Shown one piece after another: positions 60,801 to 64,000 of a DNA stretch of 64,000 bases. The position numbers and the translations under genes are program-made. The DNA is from Lytechinus pictus (taxonomy: Eukaryota), in NCBI RefSeq assembly GCF_037042905.1, contig NC_087248.1, forward strand, positions 5,642,001 through 5,706,000, in the 5' to 3' direction. Positions within the stretch are counted from its first letter, which is position 1, and each line of letters starts with the position of its first letter. The notes under the pieces were generated by a model. That model did no database searches and was not told the DNA's origin. It saw nothing but the letters and a program-made list of their open reading frames with translations.

Positions 60801-63371
60801 GTTACGATTGATTGGATCAATCGTAACTCTTTATAAGATGGGGCCCAGAAGGAATGTAGGGATGGGGAGGTTAGTGAGTAGAGTAATCCTTCCTGTTATC
60901 TTTACTGCTATTTAGCAATTGACCATTGCTGTACAGGAAGGAGAAAGAGAAGGTGATGTTATAATCATGTTTATACTATGCAGCACAAATCAATTTGATT
61001 ATTAAGATACTTTGTGTGAATTTGTAGATAAAGAATGAGGAGGAGGAGGTGGATAACGAGGAGGAGAAGAAGGAGAAATGGAAGGAGAAGGAGGAGTAGG
61101 AGGAGAAAAGTTAGAAGAAGATGAAAAAGTAAGTTTTTGTAATTTATAGTCAAGGTCACACTCACTTTCTGTTCATTTAGTATTACTGTATTTGTGGATA
61201 TGAATTCATCTTAAAAACATATTTCCTGTCATGATGGATTTTAATGAATGCATGTATTTTTGTTTCTATAGGTTGCAGTAGAACCCCCACCACGTCGGCC
61301 AATTCAGAATGCTGATCCTGAAGAAAGACCCAGGTATGTTACTAGGAATCATTTTTTCTTGGCAATATATGAGAACTCCATTCTCAAATTACCAAGCTCA
61401 AACTCAGTAATAAGTTGCAAGACAAAATAGTCTGTAATAACACCCATATAAATGGGAGATCACAATCAAACTTTATTTTGATGTACATGTAGCACACAAG
61501 AACCTATTCCAGTGTATGTAAAGTTGTGTGTATCATATGCATGTACAGCTTTTATATGAAACATGCCCTTCTATGCCATATATCACCATTGAACTTCAAA
61601 ATACTCTGTATCCACTCATATGCATACATGTATGGATAAACCCCATCTTTTTCGAGTGTGGAAAAAGGAATCTGAATTTCAACAAATTCAATATTTGGTT
61701 TTGATATGGCTATCCTATTGTTGATATTCTTACTACATAATCATGGGAAACGCTTTTTTTGCCTACATGTATTTTAGGCAATATCATCTCTACTTTTCGT
61801 TTCAAAATGTGTGGAAAGTCTTCTATACATTATCATCTTTTGTGAATTTTACAATTTTCAGGATTTTGAATGTAATTTAACAGAAAGCCTCATTTTGCGT
61901 TCATATTTATATTGAAAATTTCCACTCACCTGTCAAAAGAGAAGTTACCACAACAGAGAGTCAAGAAAAACATTTAGAGGTGAATTTGATGTTATTAGGA
62001 GAAACTAATGTAGTTTTGTCCATTTTACCTCTTATCTTACAGCATAGATGAGCCAATGATTAAACTACCTCTATCAGTTGATCCATCATTAAAAGCAGCT
62101 CTTGAAAGAATGTCATTAAATTCCCAAACACAGCAAGGTGAGTATTCTGCATCATATTAATATCTGAACTATGTATGAAGTCTGATGATAATTCAGGGAA
62201 GAATTTCCCTGGTATTGTATTCCACTTTGCTCCACAAAAAGTATTTCGTGTAGCATATATTTTGCATAGCACTATTAAGAACGTAGCTGAGAGCTTTTCT
62301 CTTTTAACCAAAAAATCTCATCAAATTTGGTTGGCAATGTGATTCCCTGATAAATTATATTTTATCCGTGTGGTAATAGATAAAAATGTAGAGTATACAA
62401 CTTTCAATTTAAACCTGGAAAGTAAATGGTGGTAGAAATGGAAATGATGCATCTTATAAAGTAGAGTGCTCAAACTGCTATTTGTCATCACACTGGCTGC
62501 AGCCCAACTACCATCCTGGCACACAAGCGTTTCAAATGACTATTAGTTTAGAGAACTTGAGGTGTTGGAGATGATAAATAAAAATGTACAGATCAGCTTT
62601 CAATAAAACCTGGAAAGTAAATGATGGTAGAAATGAAAATAATGCATCTTATAAAGCAGAGTGCTCAAACTGCTATTTGTCATTATCACACAAGCGGTTC
62701 AAATGACTGTTAGTTTAGAGAACTAGAGGTGTTGGAGATGAGAAAATGTAATTGATGACTGAATTGAGCTGATGAGAGTGGTGAAGAAGTTTAACATAAT
62801 TAGTAAGGAGTATGAGATTTATGTTGGCTCCCTTTTTCCAGCTGTTTATTATAATCAAGTAGGAGAAAACTTGTCCTGGTTTTATTTTGATCAATGTATT
62901 TGATAACAGCTGGATTTATATAGAGCTTTTTCCAGAGGATATAAAGCGCAACTTTTATTATAATGGGTTTAGCTTGAGCTGCCACTTAATTCTTGTGAGT
63001 AGTGCATTAATAATTAAAGAATTATTCCCTCAAGGTAGCAAATGACCTCACCTGTGTCAAGTGAAGCAATATAGAGTTATCTCTTGCTGAAGGAAATCAG
63101 TAAGGAGATTCAGTTGTTCCAATTACCCAATTTTTGAAATGCTTCTCTTCTTTAGATTTGAACACACAGGCCACTTCCTCTTTTATCTTTGATATTTAAT
63201 GTGCAATATGAAATGCTGCCTTTTTATTGTGAATTCAACTGGTTCCCTTATGAGTTTTTACTTGAATATAAATTTGTAACAATGTTGCTCCATGTTTTCC
63301 TTTCAGACACCACTCAGGATGATGGAGAAATCAAGAAGGGAACAGTATGCAAGAACAAGGGCTGTCAGATG
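57805..63371 (+). CDS. CHORDC1: Cysteine and histidine-rich domain-containing protein 1 (CHP-1/Morgana), 3'-partial
   Basis: Exons 57805-57886, 59797-59903, 60461-60547, 61272-61333, 62043-62137, 63307-63371; in frame. CHORD-I CYNKGCG...[36 protein letters not shown]...H, linker RPSIDEPM, and start of [16 protein letters not shown]. Confidence 0.95.
60575..60845. mobile_element. Harbinger-like MITE 27 nt downstream of the CHORDC1 exon-3 donor
   Basis: CTG|GGGTCCGTCTTACAAAGAGTT...AACTCTTTATAAGATGGGGCC|CAG. Confidence 0.72.
62375..62750. repeat. Diverged ~200-bp tandem duplication in a CHORDC1 intron
   Basis: AAACCTGGAAAGTAAATG...GCATCTTATAAAG...GAGGTGTTGGAGATGA present twice. Confidence 0.8.
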
Positions 63372-64000
63372 GTAAGTGATCACATCAATGCCCCTCCTAA
63401 AGTAAATTGAGAAAAGGTGATAATTACATGTAGAATAAACAAAATTAGAGAATATATGATTTATAAAAATAGATCGATGAAGCAGTATAGAACATAGAAA
63501 TGGGAAGGACTGATTAGATGAATGCAAGAATGAAATGAGTTACTAGTAGTTAATGAATGAATCATTTAGTGGTTAAATGAATGAATAACAAGATGAATGT
63601 AATTTGAATGAAAAATGAAAGATGTCAAAATTATACGTTCCACAGAATTGCTGAATGTTCACTTGTACTTAAAATCATTTAAACAAGAATTTTCATTACA
63701 GTTTCATGTAATTTTAACATTTGTTTTCTGTCTGACTTCCATTTTTCTCTGTTTTCACTTCACATCATGAACTACATGTATTTGAGACACAATGATTTGA
63801 GAACATTAAACTTTTTCATATGGTGCTCAAAATGGAGATGAATAATTTCAGGGAGGTCACTTATATTGGGGTCAGATCATCAGTATTTCTTCCAAATTGG
63901 CAATTACTGAGCTTAGTTAAAATCACACTGGAATTAATTCCTTGGGGTAATATACCACCACAAAAGGTAGATTGCAAAGTTATAATTACATCAATTATTA

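Noticed and set aside
60937-60952. Possible 16-nt CHORDC1 microexon
   Set aside because: Weak donor (GTGATG) and frameshifting; exons 3 and 4 already join in frame.

Overview
AT-rich, intron-rich animal genomic DNA; the repeat content (Deu/Nin-type SINE, TTAA-flanked MITEs, G-run hAT MITEs) suggests an echinoderm such as a sea urchin, but this is inference. Splicing by hand across GT-AG junctions gives eight protein-coding genes. In order: the 3' part of an Ig-superfamily type-I membrane protein (+, 1-1143); exon 1 of a YqjG/ECM4-like glutathionyl-hydroquinone reductase (-, 3506-3590), whose first intron appears to contain the Ig gene; ATP5PO/OSCP (+, 7 exons); an alpha-like GST with an altered glutathione-binding motif (+, 6 exons); a 182-aa protein resembling only the non-catalytic N-terminus of PDE9A (-, 7 exons); SPATS1 (+, 7 exons, head-to-head with the previous gene); CHAF1B (-, 12 coding exons); and the 5' part of CHORDC1 (+, head-to-head with CHAF1B). 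A young 5'-truncated L2-type LINE sits in a CHAF1B intron, and many non-autonomous DNA transposons are present. The most notable features are the catalytic-domain-less PDE9-like gene, tandem duplications that copy splice junctions in four genes (up to 10 copies in CHAF1B), the nested gene pair, and the GST G-site change. All homology calls come from recalled sequences, not database searches.
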